Positions 61,734-64,000 of a stretch of 64,000 nucleotides of DNA are shown here, piece by piece. The notes beneath the pieces are model-generated. The model worked only from the letters and a program-made list of their open reading frames with translations, did no database searches and was not told the DNA's origin. The position numbers were made by a program, and so were the translations under genes. The DNA comes from an uncultured Methanosarcinaceae archaeon. Its GTDB lineage: Archaea > Halobacteriota > Methanosarcinia > Methanosarcinales > Methanosarcinaceae. Positions within the stretch are counted from its first letter, which is position 1, and each line of letters starts with the position of its first letter. The DNA lies in contig CAWJYV010000008.1 of NCBI GenBank assembly GCA_963847185.1, positions 64,001 through 128,000 on the forward strand, given 5' to 3'.

Positions 61734-63792
61734 TATTAAATCGGATGTAAAGGAAACTGTAAAGGCTTTCATTCAGACACTTGTCAGTATCCTGGTCAGG
61801 GAAGCTACTAAGACGATGATTAAAAACCTGACTGAACGACAAAAAAAGAGATTTGAAGACAAGATTAAAGATATGTCGGATGATCAACTCTCACAATATT
61901 TAGATGAAAATCCTTATTTCAAAAATTCACTGGAAGATGCTCTAAAGTCATTGGGTAGTACCCACTCATCAAAAGAAACAGTATCTTTAATGGATAAATT
62001 ACAGTCAGTTTATGAAGGCACTTCTATCAAGAAACCGATAAGCTCCTTTATCTGGCCAGCTCCTAAAATAATTCTTGTGACAGTAGTCGGAATAGCGTTA
62101 TTGTCCTCATTTGCCGTTCAAGCATTCTCGGAAAACCGGGATAATAACACCTCCCTCCCCGGTAATAATTCCACCCTCCTTTTCGATAATAATACCACTT
62201 CCACACAATCACCCATAGCAAATTTCACTACCAACGTCACTAATGGTAGCTCACCCCTTACTGTTCAGTTTTCAGATTTGTCAGAAAATACAAAAGAAAG
62301 GAGCTGGGACTTTGGAGATGGAAATAATTCTAAAGAGTTGAATCCTGTACATACTTACTTTGCAAAAGGAAACTATACAGTTAACCTTACCGCAATCAAT
62401 GGAACAAAGACAAATTCAATAATTGCAACAATAACAGTTCTGGAAATGCCAGTACAATCAATATCTGGAGGGTCGATGTCTGGTTCATCAAAGCCAGCAA
62501 AATCAACGGATTCAGGGGATGGTACACTTCCTGTAGCAAATTTCAGTACCAATATCACATCTGGTTATGCTCCCCTTACTGTACAATTTAACGACAGTTC
62601 TCAAAATGCGACTTCCTGGAGCTGGGCCTTTGGAGATGGTCAGATATCTTCAGCTCAGAATCCAATTAATACGTATTATTCTGCTGGAACTTATACAGTT
62701 AGCTTGACTGCAAGTAACGCTAACGGTTCCAATATCTCGACAAAATCAAATTTGGTTACAGTTGATAAAACAACTCAAATACTTAACTGGAATAACCCAG
62801 CTGACATAACCTTTGGAACAGCACTTAGCACAACGCAGTTAAACGCATTTTCTTCGGTCCCTGGAACCTTTGCTTATACTCCATCTTCAGGAACTGTATT
62901 GAATGCAGGTTCCCATATATTGCACGTAGCTTTTACACCTAATGATGCTGTAAATTTCCCCAATGCATCAAAGGATGTTACAATCAATGTCAAGCCAGTT
63001 GCTCCTACAATTAACTGGAGCGATCCTGATGACAGAATCTACGGGGAATCAATAGAGGAATGGAACGTATATGATGGGGAAGTAGTACGAGGGGTATTAA
63101 ACGCGGAATTCCTGGGTATAGATGGAAATCCGTTACCTGGAAACCATACCTATACGCCAGCAACAGGAACTGTACTGAGTGCAGGTACACATACATTGCA
63201 TGTTGATTTCACACCTGCTGATACTGCAAATTACACCAATGCATCAAAGGATGTTCAAATCAATATCCTGCAAGCAACTCCAGTTATTTACTGGACATAT
63301 CCTGGAGCCATAAAATATGGAGAATCAATAATGGAACCTGAAGTGGGTGACGTACTACCAGGGGTATTAGATGCGGAATTCATAGGCATGGATGGAAATC
63401 CGTTACCTGGAAATTATTCCTATACTCCAGCAGCAGGAACTGTATTGAGTGCGGATACACATACATTGCATGTTGATTTCACACCCACTGATGCAGCGAA
63501 CTACACCAATGCATCAAAGAATGTTACAATCAATGTCATGCAAGCGACTCCTGAGATTACATGGAATATCCCGAATGAAATATACGACAACGAAAAACTG
63601 CTTTCTCAGGTATATGCACAGGCTAATGTAGCTGGAACTTTTGTCTATTTAGCTGATGGAATTCCAGTAGAAGTAGATACAAACCTGAGTGAAGGCGATC
63701 ATACATTGACCGTTACATTCACACCCACTGATACAAACTACACTACAAAAACCGAGATTATTGATATCAATGTTAAGATGTATATTAATTAA
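61726..63792 (+). CDS. Membrane-anchored surface protein: cytoplasmic N-domain, TM, 2 PKD domains and MBG/Ig-like repeats
   Basis: AGGTGG RBS; TM IILVTVVGIALLSSFAV; WDFGDG and WAFGDG; repeated P.I.W...YTPA.GTVLSAGTHTLHVDFTP.D..NY units (270-bp DNA period). Confidence 0.85.
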   Translation: MSDIKSDVKETVKAFIQTLVSILVREATKTMIKNLTERQKKRFEDKIKDMSDDQLSQYLDENPYFKNSLEDALKSLGSTHSSKETVSLMDKLQSVYEGTSIKKPISSFIWPAPKIILVTVVGIALLSSFAVQAFSENRDNNTSLPGNNSTLLFDNNTTSTQSPIANFTTNVTNGSSPLTVQFSDLSENTKERSWDFGDGNNSKELNPVHTYFAKGNYTVNLTAINGTKTNSIIATITVLEMPVQSISGGSMSGSSKPAKSTDSGDGTLPVANFSTNITSGYAPLTVQFNDSSQNATSWSWAFGDGQISSAQNPINTYYSAGTYTVSLTASNANGSNISTKSNLVTVDKTTQILNWNNPADITFGTALSTTQLNAFSSVPGTFAYTPSSGTVLNAGSHILHVAFTPNDAVNFPNASKDVTINVKPVAPTINWSDPDDRIYGESIEEWNVYDGEVVRGVLNAEFLGIDGNPLPGNHTYTPATGTVLSAGTHTLHVDFTPADTANYTNASKDVQINILQATPVIYWTYPGAIKYGESIMEPEVGDVLPGVLDAEFIGMDGNPLPGNYSYTPAAGTVLSADTHTLHVDFTPTDAANYTNASKNVTINVMQATPEITWNIPNEIYDNEKLLSQVYAQANVAGTFVYLADGIPVEVDTNLSEGDHTLTVTFTPTDTNYTTKTEIIDINVKMYIN

Positions 63793-64000
63793 CCGCGCGT
63801 CGGCTATAGAGAAAGTGGTTATCCGCTTTCCCTTTCCTTCAAACTATAACGCGAATGTTATCAAGTGGTAAGTTCACATGTTAGAGAACTTCTGACAGGC
63901 TCTTAAATAAAGAATACTTTCATAAATGCACTAAACAAAGAATAATTTCTATGTGATTATCTAATAAGAATAGCGCCGAGTTGGATTTTCATAAAAGTAA

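Overview
Chromosomal window from a methanogenic archaeon, almost certainly Methanosarcina (MC1 chromatin protein, membrane hdrED, SepCysS, PKD/NosD/beta-propeller surface proteins, methanogenesis markers 9 and 14). Most of it is core housekeeping: mptA, argB, RaSEA, guaA(B), lig+polX, lysA, pscS-rpoL-csl4-METTL5-dph2-hpt-cofD, lpdD-ubiX, nurA-herA, dmrX-DUF447-citG-Mmp9, RNase P RNA, tRNA-Gly(CCC), tRNA-Pro(TGG) and hdrED. The best candidate for an undescribed system is the AT-rich accessory island at about 11.0-16.6 kb. It holds two tandem paralogous secreted peptides (signal peptide, hypervariable Gly/Asp/Cys repeat core, near-identical 30-aa C-terminal tail), each with conserved upstream motifs and a conserved long downstream hairpin, then an apparently exact 467-bp tandem duplication and a secreted protein with about 17% Met. 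Other notable items: an in-frame amber (TAG) codon in the DNA ligase gene (possible pyrrolysine readthrough), likely non-AUG starts (hdrE ATT, NosD/PKD gene ATA), a structured 5' leader, a 47-aa small ORF missed by the ORF track, and several pseudogene remnants. All family calls come from motif recognition by eye; no database searches were run.
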